A stretch of 64,000 nucleotides of DNA from Octopus vulgaris. Taxonomy: Eukaryota. The translations under genes and the position numbers were made by a program. Shown here in pieces: positions 39,146 through 52,091 of the stretch (position 1 is its first letter; the number at the start of each line of letters is the position of its first letter). The DNA lies in contig OX597820.1 in the NCBI GenBank assembly GCA_951406725.2, forward strand, positions 100,502,001 to 100,566,000, in the 5' to 3' direction. A model generated the notes under the pieces. It did no database searches. It saw nothing but the letters and a program-made list of their open reading frames with translations, and was not told the origin of the DNA.

Positions 39146-39899
39146 AAGGTGTTTAATATTAGCAAAAGACTACCAATACGTAAGGGAGATTAGTAGATTA
39201 ATAAATCAATAGCAAGTATTGGTAATTTTTTTTTTAGAATCTGAAAGGAATGAGAAGCAGTGTCTACAAAAATAATGGTAATGAATTTATTATGGTGGCC
39301 CTGCCATTTCTTCTAAACTATACACACCATTGCCATCACGCTGGTATATATGGAATGGTATATATTGATTGTTGCCTACATCATTTACTTTATTAACTGT
39401 AAATTTATTTATTTATTCATTTTTTACATTAATCAGAGTTAATTAATCAAATGTGTTTCTTAATCATGACTACTCTCGATAGCAGTTCATGAAGCATATT
39501 TTTTTTAATATATATTTCTTTCTCTATCTTTATTCCCATTTTGTTTTTCCATTCCACTCCATCTAACCCATACCACCCCATCTAAACCATACCACCCCAT
39601 CCCAGAATCAAAGTGTTTGAGGTTTCTTCCAATAAATAAATGAATAACTAAGCAAACATATAATGAAATATTTACGTAGTAGTTACTGAAATGTACTAGC
39701 AATTAGAACATAGGCACAAATGTGGATGTGTGGTTAAGAAGCTTGGTTTGTAACCATGTGGTTACAAGTTCAGTCCCACTGCACAGCATCTTGAGCGTGT
39801 ACCTTCTACTATAGTCTCAGGTGGACCAATGCTGTGAACATGAAGTTGGAAGATGGAAACTATGTGGAAGCCCACCATATGTATGTATATATAAATACA

Positions 39900-40056
39900 C
39901 AGGCATGGCTGTGTGGTAAGAAGCTTGCTTTCCAACCACTTGGTTCTGGGTTCAGTCTCTCAGTGTGGCATCTCGAACAACTGTCTTCTACTATAGCCTC
40001 GGGCTGACCAAAGCCTTGTGAGTTGATTTAGTAGATGGAAACTGAAAGAAGCCTGT

Positions 40057-40141
<85 letters not shown>

Positions 40142-40388
40142 GTGTGTGTGTGTTTTTGTCTGTCTTTGTGTCTGTATTTGTCATCTGCCACTGCTTGACA
40201 ACCGGTGTTGGTGTATTTACGTCCCTGTGACTTAGCATTTGGCAAAAGAAATTCATAGAATAAGTACCAGGCTGAAAAAAGAAAATGTAAGTGCTTAGGT
40301 TGATCCATTTGACTGAAAAAAAAAATTCTTCAAGGTAGTCCCCCAGCATGGCCGCAGTCTAATGACTGAAACAAGTAAGAAATAAAAA
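39900..40388 (+). mobile_element. Full-length SINE family A with internal (TA)n(TG)n; extra head copy at 39712-39880
   Basis: tRNA-like head ggctgtgtggtaagaagcttgc...gggttcagtc, internal microsatellite, tail cccagcatggccgcagtctaatgactgaaacaag. Confidence 0.88.
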
Positions 40389-40866
40389 AATATTTATGTG
40401 TGTATATGCCTTTGTGTCTTTATGTTTGAAAATACGAGTAAGTACCACGTGAGTGCTCCATAAACATATCCTTACATCTATGCAACCCAAAAAAAAAAAA
40501 AAAGAAAAGAAAGAGCATGGAAATCTAATGTAACTGCTTTATTGGCCACTTGGCCACTTTAAAATTTCCACATGTTAACCAATTATGTTAATATTTCAGC
40601 TATCCAGTGCCACTTCCCCGTTTTGTGGCCAATTGGTACAGAAGTATAGGTTTCTAAGATTATTCCTTATATAAAAAAATATATATATTAGCTGTAAAAC
40701 TCTTCTCAGCTACAAACTGTCAGCAGATACTTTCTCTCTGGTAAGAATCAATACCAGACTCTTTCTTTGTTTTAGGGAATTAATCTAGAAAACATTTTCA
40801 TGTACTATTCTGTTCTGAATGCTTTATGGTGGTGTAGATATCTCTCCTTATTATTATTAGCCTATT

Positions 40867-41080
40867 AAGGAGGTGAGGTGGCAGAAGAGTTACCATGCCA
40901 CAGAAAATGCTTAGTGGCATTTCTTCCAACTTTATGTTCTGCGTTGAAATATCATCCAGGTCAACTTTGCCTTTCATCCTGTTTGGATCGATAAAATAAA
41001 GTACCAGTCAAATACTAGAGTCAATATAATTGACTAACTCTTCCCCTAAAATTTGCTGGCCTTGTGCCAAAATTTGACAC
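40867..41080 (+). mobile_element. SINE family B
   Basis: ggtcaactttgcctttcatcc...ataaaataaagtaccagt...ggccttgtgccaaaa. Confidence 0.8.
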
Positions 41081-41699
41081 CAATGTTAAGAGCCTATTAC
41101 TTTGCAGTCTTGTTCTCTGATTCTTTTTCTATAACACAAGACTGGTGTGGTGTACAGGATTTCTAAACATTTAATTTCTCTCATTAAATAAAATAAATTA
41201 TTGATAGTACTTCAGTAGTACCATGACTAGAATGGTTTGAAATAATGAATTAATACCATCAGTATTTTTCCCAAAATGCAAAAAATGAGTGATTTCAGAT
41301 TTTTGGCCTGTCATGTTTAGTGATAAAAACTGGGATGTTAAAGGAAGACTGATATTATACTTGGAATCTACACCACTAAAGGTAGACTAAAACAGCCTCC
41401 ATTTTCAAAAAAAGCAAAATTGTGGTAGACCTGTGTAATCATAGGTTTGCTTTCTCCATGTTTTTCAAAACAGCCATGTTATCTCTAATCTATCTAATAA
41501 CACTGACACATATCTGTTGTATTGAAAACTGACTGCAGGAAACTGAATTCCTGAGCTGCATTTATACATCACTTTCAATGGTTTAAAGTCTATAAATACT
41601 ACTCCTGGCTACCTGGAGAATATATTTCTCATGTTTGAAACAGGAACTTGTTTCTTAATGTAAATATTGATAGGTAATACAGGAAGGAGTTTTGAGAAT

Positions 41700-42480
41700 T
41701 AGAGAAGAGAGGCTCTAATTGTGAATGTATGATATTCATATCACCTAAAGGGCATTAAAAATGTAAGTGAAATGGCTATAACAGAGAATTCTGCAGACAG
41801 TAACATTAAAAAAGGAGTAGAATCCAAGTGCAATAAAGTTAAGCTACACATATCAGGAAGATGGACAATACGGTCTTCAATGTAACTGACCAAATGTCAC
41901 TAAAGACCATTGAAGATGCCTTGTTGAAGTAAGTTTCTAAAGCCACAAATAATTCATAGCATATTCAGTGAAGGATATCAAAATGCATAGAGGTCTTGCC
42001 TAGAAAGTGTCCAATGATATGAAATGAGAAATCCTTGATATCCAACTTCTTCAGACAACTCAAGAAGAGAATCTTCTCATCTACCATTGAGACAATCCTC
42101 CTTTACTGATGTGAAAGTTAAACCCTTGCTGGGACCACAGCTAAATCCCTCAATGGTCACTGCACTCAGATACTCTTATATGGTCTTCAGCTGAGTGTAG
42201 AAAGTGATCAATGGCAATCTCACCAGATGACCAACAGGAGTGCAGGAAGATGGCAGGTGAACCTCTCAGATGTTGCTGACAGTGCTCAGTAAACTCAGCT
42301 AAGTGATGACCTAGGAATTGACCGATGGGAGGATGAACTATGATTGTTCTTTTTTTTCAAAACTATGGCTAAATCCTGATGGAGGAAAGTGGCAACAACA
42401 CTGCAGCTGAATTCTGGTCTCAGATGATGGAACAAGATATGTGGTAAACCTGTCACTGTATCTGACACAAGTAAACATTT
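41700..42480 (+). mobile_element. Old RTE/RTEX-type LINE fossil
   Basis: Translates to KCNKVKLHIS, KDIKMHRGLA*K and ILLY*CES*TL...SLNGHCTQIL (cf. ILLYGCESWTL...LDG.YT.LLR). Confidence 0.55.
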
Positions 42481-44018
42481 TACTTGGTAGAGGATGATGT
42501 TCATGATGACGATGAGAAGAGGCTGCCAAGTCTTGAACAAGGCAAAGAATCCCCTTGACTCTTCATTGTCTCCACCTGTTAACCAACCTCTTTACAAAGT
42601 GTTTGGGGGGCATTTTGGGTGCACAATGCTTTTTCTTTGAACTCTGGAAAACAAAAGAAATCATCATTGTTCTACATTGTCTCTGTTCATACAGGACAAT
42701 GATACTAACAGAGTAGGTAGAAGAGAGGTTTCATAAGAAGGGGAAAAGAAGGAAGCATACTGAGAAGAAAACAGAGTGATTGGGGTGACAGGTAGAAGAG
42801 AAGAAAGGGAAAGGTGTGAAGTTGTCCAAAGAGACAGTAATGGTACTGGTACAGTGTATGTAGAGTGTAATGGTATGAAGTAATGGGAGAGAATGAGTGA
42901 TGGGTAGCTGTAAAATGGAATGAAGTTAAAGTGTGATAGAAGCCAATAGTGAGTAACCTGAAGATGTTGAGGCTAGGAATATAGAAGGATAAAGTTAAAA
43001 TTTAAGAAAAGGGGTATGAGTGATGAGTGGTCAATATTGCAAAGGAAAGAAGACTGGTGGATGTTTAAGGGTGAGAGAGTGAAGTTTGTTTGTGTGTGTG
43101 TGTGTGTGTGTAGGGGGTATCAGATGTGATGTAATCTCTTGTCATCTAGGCATAGTGACAAACAGAGGTACAAATAACAGTAGAAAATATAGAGAGCTGG
43201 GGGGTATCTGATGTCAATATATCTGACAGAATCTCGTAATACTTAGGCATCACAATGAATGGGAAGCACTCGATGCTAAGAGAATGACAGTGAGTAGCAA
43301 GAGATGAGAGATGTACAAAATGTTGGAGAGAGAGAGAGAGAGAGAGAGAGGGAGTGTGCATATGTGCATATGTATGATAGAAGCTAAAAGCAGGTAAGAG
43401 AGTGACTTATGTCAATACAGAAGTGACCTGAAAGACAGGTGTAAAAGAGGGGGTATGATATTAATAGAGTAATCTCTTGTTACTCAAGCAACATGATGGA
43501 GTCGGAAAAAAGTAGATTATGGTAGAGATAGAGATTATGTATGGGTAGATATAAATTGGTAGGTGTGTATGTATGTATGTATGTAGGTATGTATCATCGT
43601 CATCATCATCATTACTTAACATCCCTTTTCCATGCTGGCATGGGTTGGACACATCATCATCATCATATATTATATATATATGTATATATATATATTATTG
43701 ATGTCATAAGAATCATTTTATAAACGTTCAACAGAAAGTGAAATAATTCTGTTTTGGAACATTCATTCTCGAGGCACATCACATAAAACTACAGCATGTA
43801 AATATTGGGATGAAAAATGTCATCATAGCATCACTTGCTGGCTTTGAACACTCGATTTACTGTAAAAAACATATGGCTATATGTTTGTGCATGTGTGCTT
43901 ATTCTAACCAGCAAGGTGTCTGCATAGTAGCAACACATTATTTAAGAAATAGCTGCCAAACTTCTCTTAAATCACTTATGTCTCAATTGCTTTAAGCATG
44001 TATATATGTATGTCTGTA

Positions 44019-44066
<48 letters not shown>

Positions 44067-44136
44067 CATGTGTATGTATGTATGTATGTATGTATCAATC
44101 TATCTATCTATCTATCTTATTACTCTCTCTCTCTCC

Positions 44137-44167
<31 letters not shown>

Positions 44168-44242
44168 TAATAATTGTAATAATAATAATAAAATGACAAC
44201 AAAAGAATGAGACCTCGATATTATGTAAATAGAGGAATATAT

Positions 44243-44686
44243 ATCATCATCATCATTTAACGTCCGTTTTCCGCGCTAGCACGGGTTGGACGGTTCGACC
44301 AGGGTCTGGGAAGCCAGGGGCTGCTCCAGGCTCCAGTCTGATCTGGCAGAATTTCTACGGCTGGATGCCCTTCCTAACGCCTACCACTCCACGAGTGTAG
44401 TGGGTGCTTTTTACGTGCCACCTGCACAGGTGCCAGGGGGGGGTGGTCCGGCATCGGCCACGATCGGTCGGAGCTTTTAACGTGCCAGCGGCACGAAAGC
44501 CAGCCAAGGCGGAGCTGGCAACGTTTGGATGGTGCTTTTTATGTGCCACCGGCACAGAAGCCAGTCGGAGCGGCACTGGCATCGGCCACGTTCGGATGGT
44601 GCTTTTTATGTGCCACTGGCACAGGCATCACAACTACTATTTCCATTGATATTTATTTCGACGTTCATGTTCATGTACTTGACTCA
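44243..44686 (-). mobile_element. 3'UTR-only copy of the RTE element, 4 tandem units
   Basis: Reverse complement of 37461-37774 with extra units. Confidence 0.85.
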
Positions 44687-44706
44687 ATATATATATATAT
44701 ATATAT

Positions 44707-44883
44707 ATAGGACAATCAGTAAGTTGTCAGAGTTTCAAATGGCAGAGGTAAGAGCCTCAAGGCATTTTCATTGGTTATTTTGATGATAGTCGATGAAAAT
44801 ACCTTGAAGCTCTTAGTTCCGGCTTTTGAAACTCTGAGTTGTATTATGATAACTTACTGATTGTCCTATACTAAATATTTCTT
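44707..44883 (+). mobile_element. Fold-back insert in (TA)n with a hammerhead-like motif at 44783-44847
   Basis: taggacaatcagtaagtt is inverted as aacttactgattgtccta; motif tCGATGA-[AAA...TTT]-GAAA-CTCtGAG-TT. Confidence 0.65.
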
Positions 44884-44906
44884 TATATATATATATATAT
44901 ATATAT

Positions 44907-45011
44907 ATCACCTGAGGAGATGTATATGCACCTATGATGCATTACAACGGTTTGTACAGCATCTCACCTGCAAAGTACTAGTGCATGATGGGTCGAAATG
45001 ATTGTAGTGAT
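44907..45011 (+). ncRNA. Hammerhead-like motif with long stem II in a TA-flanked insert (44909-45050)
   Basis: ATCAC-CTGAGGA-[GA...TC]-GAAA-TGATTG-TA-GTGAT. TGATTG is CGATCG after two CpG transitions, as at 34069. AATAAA follows at 45016. Confidence 0.55.
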
Positions 45012-45051
45012 TCTGAATAAAGAGTTTAGTGAATTCCATTTTTTTAATATT

Positions 45052-45091
<40 letters not shown>

Positions 45092-45107
45092 GCAGTGTAG
45101 GGTGTAG

Positions 45108-45360
45108 AAGCAGGCAGCTAAGTGGTTCAATTCACTAGTGGGTTGGATTCATGATCATAAAAGTGTGATTTTTATTCTGGGACCAGGAAATATATTGTGT
45201 TCTTGAGTAAAGCACTTCATTTCACATTGCTCCAGTCCATTCAGCTGGTAAAAATGAGTAACCTTGCCACAGACTGGCGTCCTGTCCAGGTGGGGAACAT
45301 ATACACCATGGAAACCATCCCTATGAGTCTATATGACTTGTAACAGATCTTTATCCTTTT
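45108..45360 (+). mobile_element. SINE family C
   Basis: tgtgttcttgagtaaagcacttcatttcacattgctccagtccattcagctgg...gactggcgtcctgtccagg. Confidence 0.78.
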
Positions 45361-45989
45361 TAATTTACACACTCACATATGGGAACTAATAACAAGCTAG
45401 ACTCTACATGAAAGCTAGATGTGTCAGAAATAGCAACCATTTCTTTCTCAAATCACATCTTTGCAGTTCATGTTACTTTGATACAATAGTTGGGCACCAC
45501 TTGATGGCTCTGCTAGCTGTATATAAAATGAAAAAAAAAAAACCCAAAAAACATAATTCTAAATAAACATTACAATTCTGCCAAAAAACGATTACCCACA
45601 ATTTGAAATGAATACATATGCAGCTTTCATTGCCTTGCTAATTTCCTCCCCACCATCACCTCTCCATCTCTCCCTCTTTTCATAGTTTTGTACAAGAAAA
45701 AAATTTAGAGCTCATGTTTATTTAGATGCTGAGACTCAATTCATTTTAATTAAAAAATGAAAACTTAATTTAAGAATTTTAAAAAAACAATTAATGTTGA
45801 TTAACTTGAACAACATTTTTAATTATTAGAGACTGAGAAGACATTTTAAACTACTCTCTTAGGAGTTTCTGTATAATTTCTAAGGAAATAAATTGCATTA
45901 ACTTAGATTTTAAAGAAAAATGGGTAGCATTTAATTCTTGAGTCTAATGCACACCTCTAGTTTCTAGATTTAAAAATCTGGCAAAATAT

Positions 45990-46401
45990 CTTTCATCTTT
46001 CAATTATTTCAGTCATTAGACTGTGGCCATGCTGGGGCACTGCCTTGAAGAAGTTTAAGTCAAATGAATTGACTCAAGTACTTATTTTTTTTTAATGCCT
46101 GGTACTTATTCTATCAGGCTCTTTTGCCAAATCACTAAGTTACATGAACATAAACATACCAACACTGGTTATCAAGCAGAGGTGGGTGGGGGGGACAAGC
46201 ACAGACACAAAGATGACATGTGCACAGACACATACACATACAACAAGATTCTTTCAGTTTCCATCTACCAAATTCACTCTCAAGGCTTTGGTTGGCCCAA
46301 GGCTATAGTAGAAGACACTTGTCCAAGGTGCCTAATAATGGTACTGAAACCAGAACCACGTGGTTGGGAAGCAAGCTTTGTGCCTCACAGACACACCTGC
46401 A
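45990..46401 (-). mobile_element. SINE family A
   Basis: Reverse complement of the family A blocks. Confidence 0.85.
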
Positions 46402-46749
46402 CCTAAATATATACATGTAATCAATAAATACAGAAGTTATGATATGACTGATTCAATGACATCCTCAGTTCATAAACTCATTTAAGTTTAGGGTAAGGAT
46501 CTAACAAATCAATTATTAGTGAAGGACACATAGTGATACTGTTAATAGGGGAGGAGGAAAAAGTTAAATAATCTAGCTTCTGACTCAGCCAAGTGGGACT
46601 ACCAATGATGATGAAATAATATTTGTAGTGATGATGATAATGATGATGAGGAGGAGGAAGCGGAGGATGGTGGTGATGTTGAAACATTTTAAAAATATTT
46701 GTAGATTACAAATAAACTAATTAATTCAAGACGAAAAAAAACAAAACTG

Positions 46750-46889
46750 GTGCAGGTGGGGCTCTGCACGGCACCTTGAGCAAGTGTCTTCTACTATGGC
46801 ATCAGGCTGACCAAAGCCTTGCGAGTGGATTTGCTAGACAGAAACTGAAAGAAGCCCATTGTATAAATGTATATATATGTATGTGTGTG

Positions 46890-46948
<59 letters not shown>

Positions 46949-47410
46949 CTTTGCGTCTGTGCTTGTTCTGCCACCCTTGACAACTGGTGCTGAGGTGTTT
47001 ATGTCCATGAAACTTAGTGGTTCAGTAAAAGAGACTGATAGAATAAGTACCAGGTTTTTGAAAAATAAGTATTGGGGTTAATACATTTGACTAAAGATTC
47101 TTGAAGGTGGTGCCCCAGTGTGAGCTGGCAGAAACATTAGCACGCCGGGTGTGAGCTGGCAGAAACATTAGCACGGCGGTATTTCATCTGTCTTTATGTT
47201 CTGAGTTCAAATTCTGCTGAGGTCAACTTTGCCTTTCATCCTTTTGGGGTCAATAAGTTAAGTACTAGTTGAGTACAGGGGTTGATCTAATCGACTAGCC
47301 CCCTCCACCAAAAGTTTGGGCCTTGTGCCTAGAGTAGAAAAAAAAAAAGAAGTGGTGCCCTAGCTTGGCCTTAGTTAAATGACTGAAACAAGTAAAAGAT
47401 AAAAGAAAAG
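46750..47410 (+). mobile_element. SINE family A interrupted by SINE family B (47119-47351)
   Basis: TSD GTGGTGCCC(c/t)AG at 47107-47118 and 47352-47363; the B head is tandemly duplicated (31 bp). Confidence 0.85.
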
Positions 47411-47514
47411 ATCTCCAGTGATAATTATAAGTCAAGATACTAAATCTCAGAGCTTCTACATGTTCATTTGATCTGTTAAAAATAGCAACAAAATCTCCTT
47501 CAAATCACATTCAT

Positions 47515-47955
47515 TATCATCATCATCATTTAACATCTACTTGTTCATGATTGCATGGTCCAAATATAGTTTATTTGAAGCAGATTTTTCTACAGCCAGA
47601 CTTCATCTGTTTCCAAGCAAAGTAATGTGTCCATGGCCAGACATTCTTGCAGAATATTGGAAATAAATAACACTGCTTGTATGACTGACACTCATTTACA
47701 ACTATCATGCAATGTCAAAACAAGGAGACACAAGTACCTCCTCCCCCCACGCACTACCTTTCTCTCTCCCCCCTCTCTCTCACACACACACGTTTGTATG
47801 ATAGGCTCCTTTCAGTTTCTGTCAACCAAATTCACACAAAAGACTTTGGTTAGCCCAAGATTACAGCGGAAAACACTTGTCCAAAGTGCATGCAGCAGGA
47901 CTGAAACCAGGACCATGTGGTTGGGAAGCAATCTTCTTACCACAGAACCATGCCT
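47515..47955 (-). mobile_element. Chimeric SINE D: family-A head with a different body and RTE-type (GAT)n tail
   Basis: Head 47800-47955 matches family A. Body 47560-47730 matches 15185-15400, 55935-56122 and 56791-56970. Confidence 0.65.
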
Positions 47956-49499
47956 TCTACCACCTTAACCTTTAGCACACTGTAGGTGCATCAAGTTATC
48001 ATACAAGTTTTCTGTCCTGTAGTTGCTGGGCAGTGGCAGGGGGAAACAATTGTAGAGAAAATGCAATGTCCTAGAGGTTAAACAGAAGAAGGACATGTTA
48101 GATTATATAGTTTGATATATTCTCTGCTTGAGGTAGGAAATATGGCATGGTGATGGCTCAGATACTTTTGATCATGGATCAACTTGACCTGGTTTGACTT
48201 GGGTCTAAACAAACAAACATACAATACATGTGAGCACTGGTAGCTATCCAGGGCAAATGTTCTCATTAATGCATCAATCGAATTGGCTAATTTCTTTTAT
48301 TTATTTAGTAAACAAACTATCACGTTGCAAAGCTGTTGGCTACTATTTAAGAAGCTAAAAAAATTAATCTTGTCACTATCATTTGGATTACACGCAATGA
48401 ATCAAAGATTAAATGTGACTTGTTATTTTTTTTCTTTTTTGTGCGTGTTCTATATTAAATCTGCCAGTACACACAATGCAAATAGTTTTAGCTGTATTAA
48501 TGGGTTTATGTGAAAATGACGAAATAAAGAGCAATTTAATTTTCTGTATGACAATGATGAATTTTTTTTTACTATGGTAATAATCAAAATGAGCATGATT
48601 ACAATTATACTCCTTATATTCTTCAGCTACTAACTTTGAGGCACTTTTCAGTACTATAAAATTTTGAAGTTAAATTTTTCCTTAGAGACATATATCCTCC
48701 TCCTCCTCCTCCTCATTATTTCCATTTCTGTTCTCAGAGCTCTCAATTTCACTTGCTCTGGTTAATTCTGTAAGAGCAGAGCTGTACATGTTGTCAAAGA
48801 TCCCACAGGGTCTCTTTTCACGATACTTAACACCCAATCAGATTCCCCGGCATAAAGAATAAATAATTCTTTTAGCGCAACAGACATCAGTAAAAGCAAC
48901 CAAAATAATTACAGCCTACTATGATTTGGAGTAGCATAGTGGAACAGTGGGAGTCAAGAATGAGGAAAAGAGAGACAGTTAAATCTACATTCATCATTAT
49001 TACATTTCTAAGATTACTTGCAGCATATTGTCTCCAACTCTTAAGAATTAAGCCTTTTGGGAGTTAACAGTTAAGTTTCTGCTAGTGGTGATAAATGAAT
49101 TAAATGTCAGATATTCTCCCTGGCCCTAATTTTATTGAGACCAAAAGTTTAGCCTAATCTACATAAAAAGGCATATCAGGGACCTGCTAGTAAGAGAATG
49201 ACAGAGAGAGAGGGAGTTGAGAACTAGAATGAGGAAGGAAGGGGGTGGTCAAATATATTTAGATTATCAAATAAAAAAGGCATAAGGTTGAAAACAAAAA
49301 GAGGCCAAAAACCTTAAGGGTAGTAGTTAAAACTGAGGGTGATGGAGCATATCTCAACTATGAAATTAAGTTAAAAATTCAAAAAGGGAATTTTATAACC
49401 ATATAGAGAAAAAAAGGGATATATAAATTATCTTAAACCCTAAAAATGGGGTACTATAATATATAAGAGAAAGTTCATAAGGCTTTTCCTAAGTATAAT

Positions 49500-51001
49500 A
49501 CTAAGGTGGTCATACTAAAACCATTCAACAATGAATTTATAATTAAATTAAATGTCATCTGAGTAGGAGTACATAGGTTTTTATGGTTGTGCTTTTCTTT
49601 TTTGTCAAAAAACACTCGCACTGTTTATTGGTCTACTGGGGCAGAAACAGTTAAGGTCATGTTTGTCTACATACTCTTTGTCACATGTAAGTCTAAGGAG
49701 GTGGCTCAGTTCCTTTATATTAACATCACGAAACCCATGGTCTCCAAATACCTAATCTACCAGAATGCAGCAATTGTGGATAATACCAAGTGCAATATCT
49801 TAGTAAAATACTTGGTAAGGGTGATGAGAAACATATCCTGAATGTGTGACCCAACAAAATTAGGTAGACACAAACAACACTTAATCTACCCCATGCAGTT
49901 CTCTGGGTACAGCCATCGAGACAAGATCGGAGTGTACAAAGTAGCCATGGCTAAATTCAAGACCATGTTAGAGAATGATGCAAAGAGGATTTGCCTGCTA
50001 TATAGAAGCAAATCATGGAACAGCAGAGAAAAAACTAAGAGGAAGATAGCTAAGGGCAACTTGTGATAGCCAAAAATACCAGAGTGTCATGTTTGTTAAT
50101 ACTACCCCTAAAGGTGAACTAACATGTCATTTTAGAAAAGCCCCACCTTAAACAATTCTATGTATAAATGTAGTGGAAAGGCCAGGTACCTCCATAAAAT
50201 CCTTGATCAGTAGAACATACCCATTTGAGAGAATCACCTTTACCAATAGGAATGGTATAGTGTGTAGAGTAAGCCCAAAGATAAACTGCAAAACGAGGAG
50301 TGCTCTCTGTAGCATAAGCTGTACAGAGGGATGGTGCAGAAGCAGGACAATGACATATTCTAGAGGGACAGCCCATAGCATAGGTGGGAGGATAAGTGAG
50401 CATTAGTGGGAACTCACAGAGGAGAAAAGCTCAAGCTTGTCAGTGCTATACCAACATGCTAAACTTGAGTATGTTGGGTTTGCTGGAGAACATAGATGTT
50501 GGGATCTTACTGATACATAGAACAGACACAATTCTTAGACAGATTACAGAGACGACACACATAATAGGAAATAGACCAAGCCTGAACAGAAAATGTGAAT
50601 GAAGTAATAATTCCACAACTACCACCACCACATTCTGCAACCCAACAACTAAGGACAGAGTAAAAGAAAAATAAATAATGATACAGATACAAACAGTGTA
50701 ATATACAAACCTATATACACACATATGACACACCTAACATACCTAACACATAGACACGCACATGTACAGATGTAAATGCATGCACATATAGGTTTACATA
50801 CTACAGAAAGACAAAATGAGATAGACGGGACAAGACCAGACTGGAGTAGAGACATGAAGGACAGAAAGTCACTGAAGTGGTCACAGAATGTGTAACAAAA
50901 AACTCTGATAAAGCTAAAGTGAAGATCAAATAAATAGTGCGCGTGTTTATTGGCCAAAAAGAAAAAGAAAAGAAAAGACAATGACCATCTCCAAATATGA
51001 C

Positions 51002-51010
<9 letters not shown>
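49500..51010 (+). mobile_element. Penelope-like retroelement fossil (RT end, GIY-YIG endonuclease, 3' region)
   Basis: FLYINIT (cf. FLDI.I); GYSHRDK; INCKTRSALCSISC...GTAHSIGGRISEH (GIY-YIG-like). The end abuts (TA)n with an inverted terminal copy. Confidence 0.6.
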
Positions 51011-51056
<46 letters not shown>

Positions 51057-51339
51057 TCATATTTGGAGATGGTCATTGTCTTTTTCTTTTCATATGTATG
51101 TATATATATAATACGTTAAAACTTTCTCATAGTAATGTCATTAAATGTATTTTATTAGAATGTTTTACTTTATTGACTGTTTTAATTTAGCATTAGATCA
51201 TGTATGAAGATTATGAAATAAAATTTTCAAGATAAAATTGAAATGGTAAAATTTCTTGGAAATGCTTTAACAAGATGGCCCAAAGACATCAAATATTTAT
51301 AAATACCTCACACATTCTATTTTTTATGTTTTATGTAAA

Positions 51340-51350
51340 TGTATGCATAC

Positions 51351-51381
<31 letters not shown>

Positions 51382-51486
51382 TGTATGTATGTATACATGC
51401 ATGTGTGTGTGTATATATGTATATATATATATATATATATAAATGTATATACATATGTATATATGTCCATGTATACAGATATATGC

Positions 51487-51531
<45 letters not shown>

Positions 51532-51557
51532 TATATATGTGTGTGCATGTGTGTATG

Positions 51558-51620
<63 letters not shown>

Positions 51621-51622
51621 AT
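51340..51622. repeat. Compound TA/TATG/CA microsatellite
   Basis: Read directly. Confidence 0.95.
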
Positions 51623-52091
51623 ACTCTCCATAATTATAAAGGTTAGAAGATTAATCTGATTATTTCAGAAATATTTGAAAATATCTGATTTGATTATAGC
51701 AGACATTTTATGGCCAATAGCAAAATGATGATAGAAATAGAATGTAGGACATTCTAAGCTGGATTCTACAGAAATGGATTTCCTCACAACGTTCCAGGCA
51801 TTAACCTTTTTACAAAATATAATGAATGTATCTCTCCCACCATCAAAACTAAATATTTTCACAGTTATAACATGTAATTTGCCTATTGTTAGTTCATGCA
51901 CATTTATTTCTTCCATGCAAAGGCAAAAAAAAGTTTCAACACAGCCTTGTACAAACAATTTAGTTGTCTTATATTCTATGCACAACACAGTGTAAAGAAG
52001 AAAAACTGAAATGCATTAGACATCTTACAAAGCCTTACTGTAGATGAAATAAAAATGTAAACACACTACTTTGGTGATATTGATCTTTATG

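Noticed and set aside
39900-39975. tRNA-like box A/B sequences here and in other SINE heads
   Set aside because: No complete cloverleaf; they continue into SINE bodies, so they are not tRNA genes.
43220-43265. Possible decayed hammerheads here (minus) and at 14478-14520
   Set aside because: Too many core and stem mismatches to separate from chance.
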